A DNA stretch of 64,000 bases from a virus (IMGVR_UViG_3300001487_000106:29193-93192), one strand, 5' to 3'. Numbered from the stretch's first letter, positions 49,374-59,669 are shown. A program made the numbers and translations. The notes: generated by a model from the letters alone, not told the origin.

Positions 49374-51095
49374 ATGGAATTTGAAAAACCAACAATGAAA
49401 AAATATCTTTCAATAAAGGATATTAAGTTAAAACCTTTAAAAATTAAATTTGATATTACAACTCTTAATATGGTAATATCATTTATATATAAAGATAGTG
49501 TTTTACGAACACGAAAAACACTGACAAATATTTATAAGTTATTTAATAACTTAGATATGTCTGTTTATGAAAATGAACCATCATTAGAGGCAAGAATATG
49601 GATAATAAGAAAGACTCTTTATGGTAAGTTAGTTGATGGGTTTGAAGACAATGATAATTTAAAACAGTATTGTCTTGATGATATAGAATGCGATTCATAT
49701 AAATCAGAGATATTAAATACAACTTTAGCAACTAAAAAAATATCTCATGATGAATCAAAATATTTAATAAAAAAGATTGATGATACATTAGAGTTTGGAT
49801 ATACTATTACAGTAAAAGATGTTATGAAACAAATTCTCAATTCTATTGATGAAGGAGATTTTAAATCATATAAAGCAGTAAGTGAAGATTTATATAACAT
49901 TGCAACTGCTGTAATAAATATAAAGAGAGGTAATTCAAGTCTTGGTTCAGATCAGACATTCTCTCTTGCAGATGAACAATTCGAAGCAGTCATTGATGAT
50001 GCTGTTCAAAAACTTAAGGATAGAAATAGAATATTTGTAACTGGAATAAAACGGTGGAATACTATTCTTGCACCAGGATACTTGAGTAAAAGATTGTATA
50101 CATATCTTGCTTTTCCAGGTAAAGGTAAATCTACCATTCTTCTTAAGTCAGCAATGGATATTCGTAAGTATAATAAGGGAATTAAAACGAAAGACCCTGA
50201 TAAGAGACCTGCTGTTCTTTTCTTAACGCTTGAGAATGATATACCAGAGACTATTGAACGTATATACAACATGTGTGTTGATAGTGACGATATTAGAAAT
50301 TATTCAGCTAAACAAATAAAGAAGAAAATGCGTGATAAAGGTGGTCTTAAATTATCAGATGATGATAATATAGATATTATCATTAAAGAATTTAAGAATC
50401 GAGAACTCGATACAAATGATTTGTATACAATTATAAACGATTTGTCTGATGAGGGTGTTGAAGTTATAGCATTGGTTCTTGACTATATGAAACGTATAAG
50501 ACCAGCTGAAAGAGCATCAGATGAAAAGACGGAACTTAAAAATATTACAAATGAATTAAAGGAACTTGCAAAGTTTTTTGATATAGTAGTAATATCTGCT
50601 CAACAGCTTAACAGAGTCGGTGCATCAGTAGTTGATGCAGCATTACAAGCTAAAAAAGAAGATGTTACAAGACTTGTTGGACGAGATGCAATAGCTGGTT
50701 CGTGGGAGATTATAGAAAACAGCGACGTTGTTATTATAGTAAATCCTGAAGTTAAATCTGATACTAATGAATTATATTTGACATTTAAGTTACTCAAACG
50801 TCGATACAGGTCTTCTGAGGAGAATGAAAAACTGAGAAGACTTGAATATTTTAATCATCCGTTTGAACCAGGAAATGAAATACGACTTATAGATGATATT
50901 GATAAACCTAAAGCATTGTCACTCGAATCTCTCAGCACTCAGTTTGAAGCAGTCGATGATAAGAGAGGACGTACTAATGCTATCAATAGAGAAACAAAAG
51001 AACCTGAAAAAAATAATAAAAAGAAAAAACAGTATGTAAGTAATTACGATGATGACTTCGAGCCTTTTGATTTTGATAAAAGCTCTAATTATTAA
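49374..51095 (+). CDS. dnaB: DnaB-like replicative helicase
   Basis: Walker A AFPGKGKST, FLTLEN, LVLDYM, SAQQLNR, IENSD; RBS gaaaggag favours ATG 49374. Confidence 0.9.
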   Translation: MEFEKPTMKKYLSIKDIKLKPLKIKFDITTLNMVISFIYKDSVLRTRKTLTNIYKLFNNLDMSVYENEPSLEARIWIIRKTLYGKLVDGFEDNDNLKQYCLDDIECDSYKSEILNTTLATKKISHDESKYLIKKIDDTLEFGYTITVKDVMKQILNSIDEGDFKSYKAVSEDLYNIATAVINIKRGNSSLGSDQTFSLADEQFEAVIDDAVQKLKDRNRIFVTGIKRWNTILAPGYLSKRLYTYLAFPGKGKSTILLKSAMDIRKYNKGIKTKDPDKRPAVLFLTLENDIPETIERIYNMCVDSDDIRNYSAKQIKKKMRDKGGLKLSDDDNIDIIIKEFKNRELDTNDLYTIINDLSDEGVEVIALVLDYMKRIRPAERASDEKTELKNITNELKELAKFFDIVVISAQQLNRVGASVVDAALQAKKEDVTRLVGRDAIAGSWEIIENSDVVIIVNPEVKSDTNELYLTFKLLKRRYRSSEENEKLRRLEYFNHPFEPGNEIRLIDDIDKPKALSLESLSTQFEAVDDKRGRTNAINRETKEPEKNNKKKKQYVSNYDDDFEPFDFDKSSNY

Positions 51096-51100
51096 ATATA

Positions 51101-51141
51101 AAAAGCTAAGTGAAAGATATATCTTTCACTTAGCTTTTTTT
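51101..51141. terminator. Intrinsic terminator
   Basis: aaagctaagtgaaagat / atctttcacttagcttt. Confidence 0.85.
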
Positions 51142-51152
51142 ATGATTACTTA

Positions 51153-51160
51153 TATATTAT
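51153..51160 (+). promoter_or_regulatory. Early-type promoter core TATATTAT
   Basis: Recurrent motif directly after the terminator. Confidence 0.55.
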
Positions 51161-51221
51161 TTTATTGGTAATCATTATTGGCAAATTGTCAAAATTTAAT
51201 ATGAAAAGAGAGTGATTAAAA

Positions 51222-51698
51222 ATGATTATCAAAAAATACAACCCTGAAATGTTGGATAACCACGGTGTTTTGAGGTTTCCATCAACGACAACCGAGATTA
51301 CTGATATGGCTTTCTTCGGACGAGACTATATCAAAGAACTCGATTTATCAAGAATCGAGTCTAAAAAGCTGGTAATAGGAAAACGAGCTTTTTTCGGTTG
51401 TAAAAAGCTCACAAAAATAATATTACCGACTGAATGTGAACTTATAGTTCGTGCTGGCAGAAGATGTTTTGCTAACACAAACTTAAAAGTCGTTATAAAA
51501 GGTCGAATAGCACGAACCGTGATAGAGTCAAATCGTGAACTGATTTCGGATATTTATTCACGAGATGGATTTGTAATGGTTTGTACGGATCCGTCATATA
51601 GTAATGATAAATACTATAATCGTAATATTATGAAAAACATTGATGAATATGAGGACGAAACATTTTGCGATGATATCTTTGCTGTCGGTTGCAAATAA
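51222..51698 (+). CDS. BspA-type leucine-rich repeat protein
   Basis: EITDMAFFG, IGKRAFFGCKKLTKIILP. Confidence 0.75.
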   Translation: MIIKKYNPEMLDNHGVLRFPSTTTEITDMAFFGRDYIKELDLSRIESKKLVIGKRAFFGCKKLTKIILPTECELIVRAGRRCFANTNLKVVIKGRIARTVIESNRELISDIYSRDGFVMVCTDPSYSNDKYYNRNIMKNIDEYEDETFCDDIFAVGCK

Positions 51699-51797
51699 GT
51701 TTATCATTACATATGTATTTTTATAAATAAAAATACATTTCATTAAACCTGTTTTATGAGCAAGTTTAATGAAATAAAAATGAAAGGAAGAAAAAAA

Positions 51798-52772
51798 ATG
51801 TCGATAGAAAATTCAAAAAATAATGATGTAATGTTATTTACAGCATTAATAGAGGCTTTACAAAAACTCAATATGAAAATTGAGTCTCGTCCGAAGAAAG
51901 AATCAAACACAACGGATGAGTCAATAGTTTTAAATTTGGTTCACATTTCAGGAGAATCAGATACTGATAACAATATCGAAAGTATCATCAATGCTTTCTT
52001 TAATAATGATGAAGATGATAATGATGTTTCTTATCCTTCAGAAGTTATCAACACTATTTACGTTGAAATACGTAACGAAATTTATAAACTGATAAAAGCA
52101 ATAAAAAAACCATATCCTACGGAAGTAATGGTTAAAATGAATCAGGAATATCGAAATGATATTTCGTCAATCATATGTAAGATTGATGAAGTATGTAGAA
52201 AGGCACATATTTCTGAAAGTATCTCGAATTTTAGAGATACCTATTTAAATCCGCATGAGCGAGAATACTTTGATATGGTTTACAACGAAGTTGTATTAAA
52301 CCAATCAAATAAATTTCTTAATATAAGTATTTATACGATAAGAAATGAACTTGCTCGTAGATTAGAAAAAATCGACGAATATCTCGACTCTACATGGAAC
52401 GAGATAATAAAATTATCATTTAGTACATCGATGAATACAGGTACAGTCATCGATTATTTAATTGATGACTGGTTATCAATCATTGATAATAACGAAATCA
52501 ATGAGACTGAGATGTATTTTGACATGCCTTGCTGCTCATATAATATCTGGTTCTTGAGATATATATTAGAGCATCTTAATGATAGATATGTTTCTGATAT
52601 ATTACGTGATGCGGTTAAAGCATCTGTTATAATATTAAGAAAATACAGCGAACAGCAGATGACTAAAACATCTACAAGAAAAATGCTCGAAGATATACGA
52701 GCTTGTCATGATAGATATCAGCAAAAAGCTATTATTTCTTCTTTATATGGCATATGTGGAGGAGAGGGATAA
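51798..52772 (+). CDS. Hypothetical helical protein
   Basis: RBS gaaaggaa favours ATG 51798 (MSIENS). Confidence 0.7.
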   Translation: MSIENSKNNDVMLFTALIEALQKLNMKIESRPKKESNTTDESIVLNLVHISGESDTDNNIESIINAFFNNDEDDNDVSYPSEVINTIYVEIRNEIYKLIKAIKKPYPTEVMVKMNQEYRNDISSIICKIDEVCRKAHISESISNFRDTYLNPHEREYFDMVYNEVVLNQSNKFLNISIYTIRNELARRLEKIDEYLDSTWNEIIKLSFSTSMNTGTVIDYLIDDWLSIIDNNEINETEMYFDMPCCSYNIWFLRYILEHLNDRYVSDILRDAVKASVIILRKYSEQQMTKTSTRKMLEDIRACHDRYQQKAIISSLYGICGGEG

Positions 52773-52778
52773 AAAGAG

Positions 52779-53240
52779 ATGGATAGTAAGAGAGAAGGAA
52801 ACATCTTTACTCTCTACATGCAAACCATCAACAGAAGACGAGGACAAATCCCAGAGGACAATCTGGAAAAGTTAATAGAAGAAATCGGGGAGATATGTAT
52901 TCACTATCTCCCCGATAATATTAAAAGAGATTATCTTGATACTGATGAATATCCTAGAGAGTATATTGTTAAATATACTTATACGGTAATCACGATAATT
53001 TCCGCAATATATAGTCTTCGTTGTACGTTAAGATATTCTAATGATAAGGTTAACGATTCTATATTTTTTAGGAACGTAGCAAATCAGCTATTAGGATACA
53101 ATGATGAGTCTAATATGTATGTAGAGATATATAATAAGATAAAAGAATTTAGAGATAAATATCATAGCAATTATTACTTAAATGAAGTATTTATTGAATT
53201 AGAAAATACTTTAAAAAAATTGACAACTTACAATTTTTAA
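52779..53240 (+). CDS. Hypothetical protein
   Basis: 153 aa ORF in the same operon. Confidence 0.7.
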   Translation: MDSKREGNIFTLYMQTINRRRGQIPEDNLEKLIEEIGEICIHYLPDNIKRDYLDTDEYPREYIVKYTYTVITIISAIYSLRCTLRYSNDKVNDSIFFRNVANQLLGYNDESNMYVEIYNKIKEFRDKYHSNYYLNEVFIELENTLKKLTTYNF

Positions 53241-53248
53241 TTACGTTA

Positions 53249-53256
53249 TATATTAT
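53249..53256 (+). promoter_or_regulatory. Early-type promoter core TATATTAT
   Basis: Upstream of the RNAP beta' gene. Confidence 0.55.
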
Positions 53257-53309
53257 ATTTTTGTGATTATATTTCTATCACAAAATAAAATAGGAAAGGA
53301 CGATATATT

Positions 53310-54523
53310 GTGAGTAAAAAACGCAAGCAAGCTGTTAAACTTAGTAGGATGAACTGGGATAGCGAATATTTCTATGATATTATTTATGGAAATGGTTTCA
53401 CTATCACTGAACCTGCTGAAGTAGCTATTGATGAAACTAAAGAGAAAGCACTTTATGGTGCGCAATCTCCTCTATACGGAACATCTTATTCAGATGAGCA
53501 TGCATTCATCGAAAGATATAGATGTAAGTGTGGAGAATTTCAGGGCAGGCAGTTTGATGGGGAAGAATGTCCTATCTGCCATACAAAGGTAGAATTCAAG
53601 GATTCTGACATCAATGTAACAGGATGGATTGATTTAGCACCAAACAGAATAATCAATCCATATTATTTCAATCTGCTTTCTCAGACATTAGGTAAAAACG
53701 TTTTCCCAGATATTGTATCTGCAAAATACAGAATAACTAAAGACGGTAAACGAGAGAAACCTAATAATAATGATGCAGAATCACCTGCATCATCACCATA
53801 TGCTGGAATTGGTGTTGATGAGTTCTTCAAAAACTATGAGAATATCCTCATTTACTTTAAAAGTAAAAAGAAGAATAAAATCTCTACAATTGATAGACTT
53901 ATTGATGAAAAGGCTAAGGTCTTTACTTCACACATTCCGGTATATTCAACTTTTCTCAGACCGCAGAGTGTCACATCTGATACATTCTATTATGGTACTA
54001 TCGATAAAATCATCAATACACTTTTCACTCTTTCCGAAAGTCTTAAAGAGTGCATAGATGTTGAAAGAGATTTCATTCTGCAGCGTATGCAGAATAAAGT
54101 GAATGCAATGTGGGATATAACTTTCAACCAGCTTAACGGTAAAGAGGGTTTTATTCGTGGACAGTTACTTGGTGGTAGTTTAAACTATACTGCCCGCAAT
54201 GTAATAATTCCTGAACCAGGACTTAAAGATAATATGGTTGATTTATCTTATCATACCGCACTGGAACTCTTTAAGTCTAAAATAATTTATTATCTCATGA
54301 AACTCGATGGTATCTCAATGGGCAAAGCTGCAATGATATGGCAGAATGCTTTTAAGTTTGATGAAAAAGTATATGACATTATGATGTTTATGGTAGAGCA
54401 TAACGATGCCCAACTTCTGATAAACAGAAATCCGACCTTGAATTTTTATAGCATGTTGCTTATGAAAATAAGAAAGATAAAACATGATAAGAATGATTAC
54501 TGTTTATCAGTTCCACTGTCGAT
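53310..54523 (+). CDS. Multisubunit RNA polymerase beta' N-terminal subunit (probably non-virion RNAP), exon 1
   Basis: Zinc ribbon YRCKCG...CPIC, GWIDL, GKEGFIRGQLLG, TARNVIIP, LINRNPTL. Confidence 0.9.
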
Positions 54524-56380
54524 TGACCATACGGGCGAGGTCGACATTAAACTGTTCTAATTGCGGGGACGAATTCTATAAATAAATACTACTAAATTAT
54601 CTTAGTAATAATGATAATGGCAATGGGTAATTCCAAAGGTATAGTAAAAAGGTATTTATTTGAATCAATCGACGCAACGAAGTATCCCTTTAAAAAAGGA
54701 TTTATAAAGGAGATATGAGTTCAACGACTATCGAAAGCATAGCTTAAGAGAAATACTTAGGTGAAGAAGTGAGTAGAGTAGTGCCTATTAAGGTTAGTAT
54801 TATAGTGAGATTAGCTATAAGTAAATCTATTAAAACGAAACGGACAGCTATGTATATTTGTTATTAAGAATATACATTGAAGATATAGTCTAGAATATTG
54901 TATTTGAATTTATTATATTGCTAATAATAACTTAAGGAGGGAAAATCAAATTAAGCATAAAATAATTAAACTACCAGATATAGATTTTCTTTATGAATAT
55001 GAAATATATGAAGATGGTACGGTTTATAATAAATCTACAGGAAATCATATAAATCCATATAATGATAAAAGAAGACCGAATGAATGCCCTGCAATCTTTT
55101 TCAATATAATAGCTGATAATGGCAAAATCAAACGAAAATTCTTTTATCATGATGAATTAATGGCGTTAATGTTTTTCCCAGATTATAAAGCCGGTATGTA
55201 TATTCATCATATTGATGGGAATATTTACAACTGTAAACTATCCAACCTTTCTATTGATAAAGGAATAACAGCTTTAATTAATATCCATCATGAAACCAAA
55301 GAATGGGAGAAAGTGGATATAGGTACAAAGTTATACTATGAGTATTATATTTGTGAAGATGGTAGACTTTACAATAGTAATACCGATTCGTTCATTAAAC
55401 CATTTAAAGACCCTAGAAATAAGGATTATTTAAGATATAACTTATACTACGATAAAAGTTCATCTGATGTAATGCATGCTTCTGTGAGTAGATTAGTGGC
55501 TTTTCATTTTATACCTAAACCCGAAGGAAAAGATATAGTTATTTTCCGTGATGGTAACCCTACTAATTGTGATAAAAGTAACTTATATTGGGGAGATAAT
55601 TGGGATGTAAATAACAAAGTTCACCAACAAGAACGTGAGTGGACGACTTTATATATTCCAATTTTAGGTAAAGAAAAATGGAAGAAACTAGAAATACCAG
55701 GCACTAATTTTATTGATGACTATCGTATCAGTAATTTTGGTAGAATATGGAATAACACAAAGGGCTTCTATACAAACATTCATAAATCACACAATATCAA
55801 TCGATGCAATCAAAGTCATTTATCGGTATCTTTAAATACCGATAATGGGTTCGATGAGTTTTCAATTCATAGATTAGTTGCATTTATGTTTGTAAAAAAT
55901 AAAAATCCGAAAAGATATAATTGTGTTAATCATATAAATGGTAATCCTGAATGTAATTATGCTATAAATCTAGAATGGTGTGATATATATGAAAATGTCC
56001 ATCATGCTATTGATACCAATCTTATATTTACTAATAAATTTCAGGATAAAGTGGATAGTGAAAACTGGAGACTTAATACGATACTTGCATGGATATTCTC
56101 AATACCAAATATAGAAAATGATTTGGCATATAAATTTTATCAAATTTATATTGATAAATATGATGATAATATACCAGAGTTAACTTTAAATGAATTTATT
56201 AATGAATTTAATGAGCGAAAAGAAAATAATGAAGATTTTATTAAAGTTTTCAATTATTATAAAGAGACATATAGTCAAGTAACTAACTAAAAGCAATATA
56301 ATAATTCAAATACAATTTAATTAGCATTCAGATTTTATAAACAATAAATTAAAAAAAGAATACGGTCTGAATGCCGATTG
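54524..56380 (+). mobile_element. Group I intron (1857 nt) with a homing endonuclease ORF in the P9 region
   Basis: P1 UGUCGAU/GUCGACA(54540-46) with U-G; P10 CGGGCGAG with exon CTTGCCCG; P7 GACTA/TAGTC; terminal G; splicing gives PLS-I-LPGLNADFDGD. Confidence 0.92.
54950..56290 (+). CDS. Intron-encoded HNH homing endonuclease with three tandem NUMOD4-HNH-like modules
   Basis: YEIYEDG / YYICEDGR / YRISNFGR; HHIDGN..NCKLSNL, FRDGNPTNCDKSNLYW, VNHINGNPECNYAINLEW; the frame extends 70 codons upstream of 55160 to an ATT after SD AAGGAGG. Confidence 0.85.
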   Translation: MKHKIIKLPDIDFLYEYEIYEDGTVYNKSTGNHINPYNDKRRPNECPAIFFNIIADNGKIKRKFFYHDELMALMFFPDYKAGMYIHHIDGNIYNCKLSNLSIDKGITALINIHHETKEWEKVDIGTKLYYEYYICEDGRLYNSNTDSFIKPFKDPRNKDYLRYNLYYDKSSSDVMHASVSRLVAFHFIPKPEGKDIVIFRDGNPTNCDKSNLYWGDNWDVNNKVHQQEREWTTLYIPILGKEKWKKLEIPGTNFIDDYRISNFGRIWNNTKGFYTNIHKSHNINRCNQSHLSVSLNTDNGFDEFSIHRLVAFMFVKNKNPKRYNCVNHINGNPECNYAINLEWCDIYENVHHAIDTNLIFTNKFQDKVDSENWRLNTILAWIFSIPNIENDLAYKFYQIYIDKYDDNIPELTLNEFINEFNERKENNEDFIKVFNYYKETYSQVTN

Positions 56381-56624
56381 CTTGCCCGGCCTTAATGCTG
56401 ATTTTGATGGAGATATTCTTAATATTATCGGTATTATGGATAAATCATTCGTTTATATGTTTAGGAAATTTAATCCTATCGAACGTATGATTGTAGACCG
56501 TGATAGTGGTATGTTAAATGATTACTTCACTATCACGAAAGGTCAGCTGATTGATCTTCATTACTTCTGTACTATAGGTAAAACAGAGAACGATCAGCCT
56601 GAAACAGAAATAGTTAACAAATAA
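56381..56624 (+). CDS. RNA polymerase beta' subunit, exon 2 (catalytic NADFDGD)
   Basis: LPGLNADFDGDILN, in frame after splicing. Confidence 0.92.
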
Positions 56625-56628
56625 AAAA

Positions 56629-56672
56629 TAAATATGTGACGATGAATGATTATATTCATCGTCACATATTTA
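56629..56672 (+). terminator. Intrinsic terminator
   Basis: aaatatgtgacgatgaat / attcatcgtcacatattt. Confidence 0.8.
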
Positions 56673-56700
56673 TAAATTTTTGGAAAGGAATGGTTAAACT

Positions 56701-57288
56701 ATGAGTACTGAAAAAAGTGTTCTTAACCCAAATTTTAAAAAGAAAGAAATAGATTTTAGTTTCATGAGGGTAAGAGTAGACCATGGATATAATTTTTGGA
56801 AATCAATTTTAGTAAATTATTATCCGTGTAACGATACCTCGAGGAAGACATTTGAAAAATTCCTTCAAATTTTTGATGGTGAATTTTTGGTGATTCCAAA
56901 AAATGTTGAAAATATTAAAATTAAAACAGATGCAATATACGGCTATAATGTTAATAATAATGAAAATAACAGGGATGATAAATTTACTGGATATAATGAA
57001 TCTGGTAAATTATCATTGTATGAAATAATAGGATACGTGTTTGTAACTAAAGATAAATCCAAACGGATTCAACCTATATACGTTGAGGAAGATTATCGTG
57101 GATATGGAATAGGTCATATATTAATGAATGATGCGATAAATTTATATGGTGCTAAATCATTAAATTTATTTACTGATAATGAAATAGCTCGTCATCTATA
57201 TATGAAGCACGGTTTCTGTGTTTCATATATTTGTAAAGCAAATGAAATAATGACAATGAAAAAAAGACATGAAAAGGAATGTGAATGA
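56701..57288 (+). CDS. GNAT-family acetyltransferase
   Basis: IYVEEDYRGYGIGHILM and NEIARHLYMKHGF. Confidence 0.85.
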   Translation: MSTEKSVLNPNFKKKEIDFSFMRVRVDHGYNFWKSILVNYYPCNDTSRKTFEKFLQIFDGEFLVIPKNVENIKIKTDAIYGYNVNNNENNRDDKFTGYNESGKLSLYEIIGYVFVTKDKSKRIQPIYVEEDYRGYGIGHILMNDAINLYGAKSLNLFTDNEIARHLYMKHGFCVSYICKANEIMTMKKRHEKECE

Positions 57289-57848
57289 TAATGAAAAAAT
57301 CTAATGTAAAAAATGACAGAGAACCTGTTAAAGTAGAACCTGAAAATCATATATTTGATATATGTAAAGGTCATCTTAGGGGTATAACATACAATCCAAA
57401 ACTCGATTCTTCAAATGTTATAATTCCTGAAGAAATTGAGGAAATAGATACCGGATGTTTTAAAGATGACCAATATGTAACATCAGTAATACTGCCTAAG
57501 AATTTAAAAATCATAAATTCTGGTGCATTCGCAAACTGCCATAAACTTATAGCAGTAAAATTCAACGATAAAATTGAACGTATTGGAGAATATGCATTTT
57601 CAAGAACTATGATATTAGGCATTGAATTACCTGATTCAGTTATAGATATAGGGAGAAACGCTTTTGTTGGCAATATGTGGATGAAAAGTGTAACTATGTC
57701 TAATAACTTATATAATAAAATAAAAGGTAAATTCTTTAACTACTTCCCTGATACAATTACCGAAGTTATAATTCATAACATAAAAAATGTGGATAGTCAT
57801 GAAGATGAACCAGAATATAAAAGATTATCTATAAGAGATATACGATAA
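57285..57848 (+). CDS. BspA-type leucine-rich repeat protein
   Basis: LPKNLKIINSGAFANCHKL, IERIGEYAF, LPDSVIDIGRNAF. Confidence 0.85.
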   Translation: MIMKKSNVKNDREPVKVEPENHIFDICKGHLRGITYNPKLDSSNVIIPEEIEEIDTGCFKDDQYVTSVILPKNLKIINSGAFANCHKLIAVKFNDKIERIGEYAFSRTMILGIELPDSVIDIGRNAFVGNMWMKSVTMSNNLYNKIKGKFFNYFPDTITEVIIHNIKNVDSHEDEPEYKRLSIRDIR

Positions 57849-57861
57849 GGAGGAAATAAAA

Positions 57862-58371
57862 ATGAAATTAAAGTTAAGTGCTAGAAATGTAGCATTAGAA
57901 ACAATAGAACATGGGCTTCCTATTGAAGCTGTTAAAAATATTTTGATACCCAAAGGAATTGATATACTGGGTTCTAATTGCTTTAATAATTACAAAGATG
58001 AGATAGAATCTATCGATTTATCTAAGTCTGAAGTTACTGTTATTGAGGAAGGTACTTTTTCAAATATGAAAAACTTGAAAAGTATTAAACTTCCTCATGC
58101 ATATATAGAAATACCTGATGAAGCATTTTTAGGTTGTACAAACTTGAAAACTGTTAATTTTTCTCATAGTGTTAAATCAATAGGAACTCGTGCTTTCTAT
58201 AAATGTGAGAGTCTTGAGGCTATTAGTATACCGAATGGGTGTATTGAAATTAATAAAGAGGCGTTTGCTTATTGTACATCATTAAAATATATACATTTAC
58301 CTGTTGGTGAATGTTGGTTATCAGAGAATATATTTTTAGGATGCAATCCTATTGAAATAAATATAACCTAG
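57862..58371 (+). CDS. BspA-type leucine-rich repeat protein
   Basis: AFLGCTNLKTV, SVKSIGTRAFYKCESLEAISIP, AFAYCTSLKYI. Confidence 0.88.
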   Translation: MKLKLSARNVALETIEHGLPIEAVKNILIPKGIDILGSNCFNNYKDEIESIDLSKSEVTVIEEGTFSNMKNLKSIKLPHAYIEIPDEAFLGCTNLKTVNFSHSVKSIGTRAFYKCESLEAISIPNGCIEINKEAFAYCTSLKYIHLPVGECWLSENIFLGCNPIEINIT

Positions 58372-58387
58372 TAGGAGGGAATTTGAT

Positions 58388-58579
58388 ATGAATGAAAGAG
58401 ACTATACAGAGTATTTATCAATGTTAAATGAATCGTCAAGTATTAATGATTTCTTGAATAAACCTGATGATAACGCATTAATAAACATTGATAGAAGTAA
58501 AAACTCTATTAAATTTAAAAATAAAAAAAAGAGAAAAAAGATTGCTAAAAAATCTCGTAAAGCAAATAGAAAGAAGTGA
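58388..58579 (+). CDS. Small protein with basic C-terminus
   Basis: 63 aa, RBS aggagg. Confidence 0.7.
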   Translation: MNERDYTEYLSMLNESSSINDFLNKPDDNALINIDRSKNSIKFKNKKKRKKIAKKSRKANRKK

Positions 58580-58748
58580 GATACGAGTGAGAATTATAGT
58601 TAAAAATTTCATTAATCTTCTAAGAAAACTTCGTGAACAGAAATTTCAAAAATATTTTAATTTTGATAAACCATCAGATGATATAGTCCTTAACAGTTTA
58701 TATCTTTAAGAAACAATACTATAAATTCTGTGAAAGGAGAATTGTCTG

Positions 58749-59168
58749 ATGACAACTAATTTATACGAGACTATTCAAGATATTATTGAACTTAGAGTTA
58801 GATATTATGATTTAATTATGCTTTCACATCTTGTTCATAATGATAAGAAAGCGTTTGATGATATCATTCGTGAAAAGGCTGAAATAACCAAGAAACTTAA
58901 TGAATATAATTTTAGCGAGAGTATCAGTGAAAATACTAGTATGGTAAATATATTAGTTTTTGCATATGAACATCCTGGCGTAGGTATTACTCATAACCTT
59001 TTTGACGATAATGAGTTCATTTATTATGACATTAATGATGATGTTGTAAAAGATGAAAATGGTAATGTTTTCGAGACTTGGGTTCCAGGTAAAGGATATA
59101 ATGGGTTGATAACAAGGTATCAGGATGAGCGCTGGCAAAATGGCTGGCGAGTTTATAATAATCAGTAA
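58749..59168 (+). CDS. Hypothetical protein
   Basis: 139 aa, RBS gaaaggag. Confidence 0.75.
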   Translation: MTTNLYETIQDIIELRVRYYDLIMLSHLVHNDKKAFDDIIREKAEITKKLNEYNFSESISENTSMVNILVFAYEHPGVGITHNLFDDNEFIYYDINDDVVKDENGNVFETWVPGKGYNGLITRYQDERWQNGWRVYNNQ

Positions 59169-59185
59169 TAAAAGAAGCAAGGAGA

Positions 59186-59479
59186 TTAACTTCTCCTTGC
59201 TTCTTTTTTAGCTATAATCTCACGTTTTAACTCATACATAGATTCGATATATTCTTTATCAGTTGATAGCCGTATAACTGATTCAATAAGATATAACGAT
59301 AGTCTACGTTTTTGTGGTATCTTTTTATATAGTGCTAAGTATGATATATACTTAGCACTATTAAAATTATCTATATGAGTATGCCCTTCTGAAAATTTTT
59401 TTCTGGTGTTATGAACTATAAAATGATTATGACCATCAGAGTAAATATTAAAATATTTCATATTCATTATCAGGTTCAT
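59186..59479 (-). CDS. Hypothetical protein
   Basis: RBS gggagg favours ATG 59479; HTHIDNFNSAKY motif. Confidence 0.7.
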   Translation of the reverse strand: MNLIMNMKYFNIYSDGHNHFIVHNTRKKFSEGHTHIDNFNSAKYISYLALYKKIPQKRRLSLYLIESVIRLSTDKEYIESMYELKREIIAKKEARRS

Positions 59480-59533
59480 TATATAATCAATCCTCCCTTT
59501 TTCAGATGGTATTATTTGAATGTATATAGAAAA

Positions 59534-59563
59534 GCGCATAATCAAATATTATATTTATATAAT
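59534..59563 (+). promoter_or_regulatory. Bipartite early-type promoter GCGCATA-N15-TATATAAT
   Basis: Same architecture as the sites at 21385, 21992, 29021 and 35563. Confidence 0.5.
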
Positions 59564-59669
59564 ATTTTGGTGTAAGTAAAGGAATATTACATAAAGTAGT
59601 GGTCGCAATAGTGACTGCAAAACATGTATGTTCCTAATAGCCATTAAAAATCTAAAGGAGGAATATAAA

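Noticed and set aside
54524-54560. C-terminus DHTGEVDIKLF of the 416-aa ORF, and an independent start at 56382
   Set aside because: The first is intron sequence; the 80-aa ORF is exon 2
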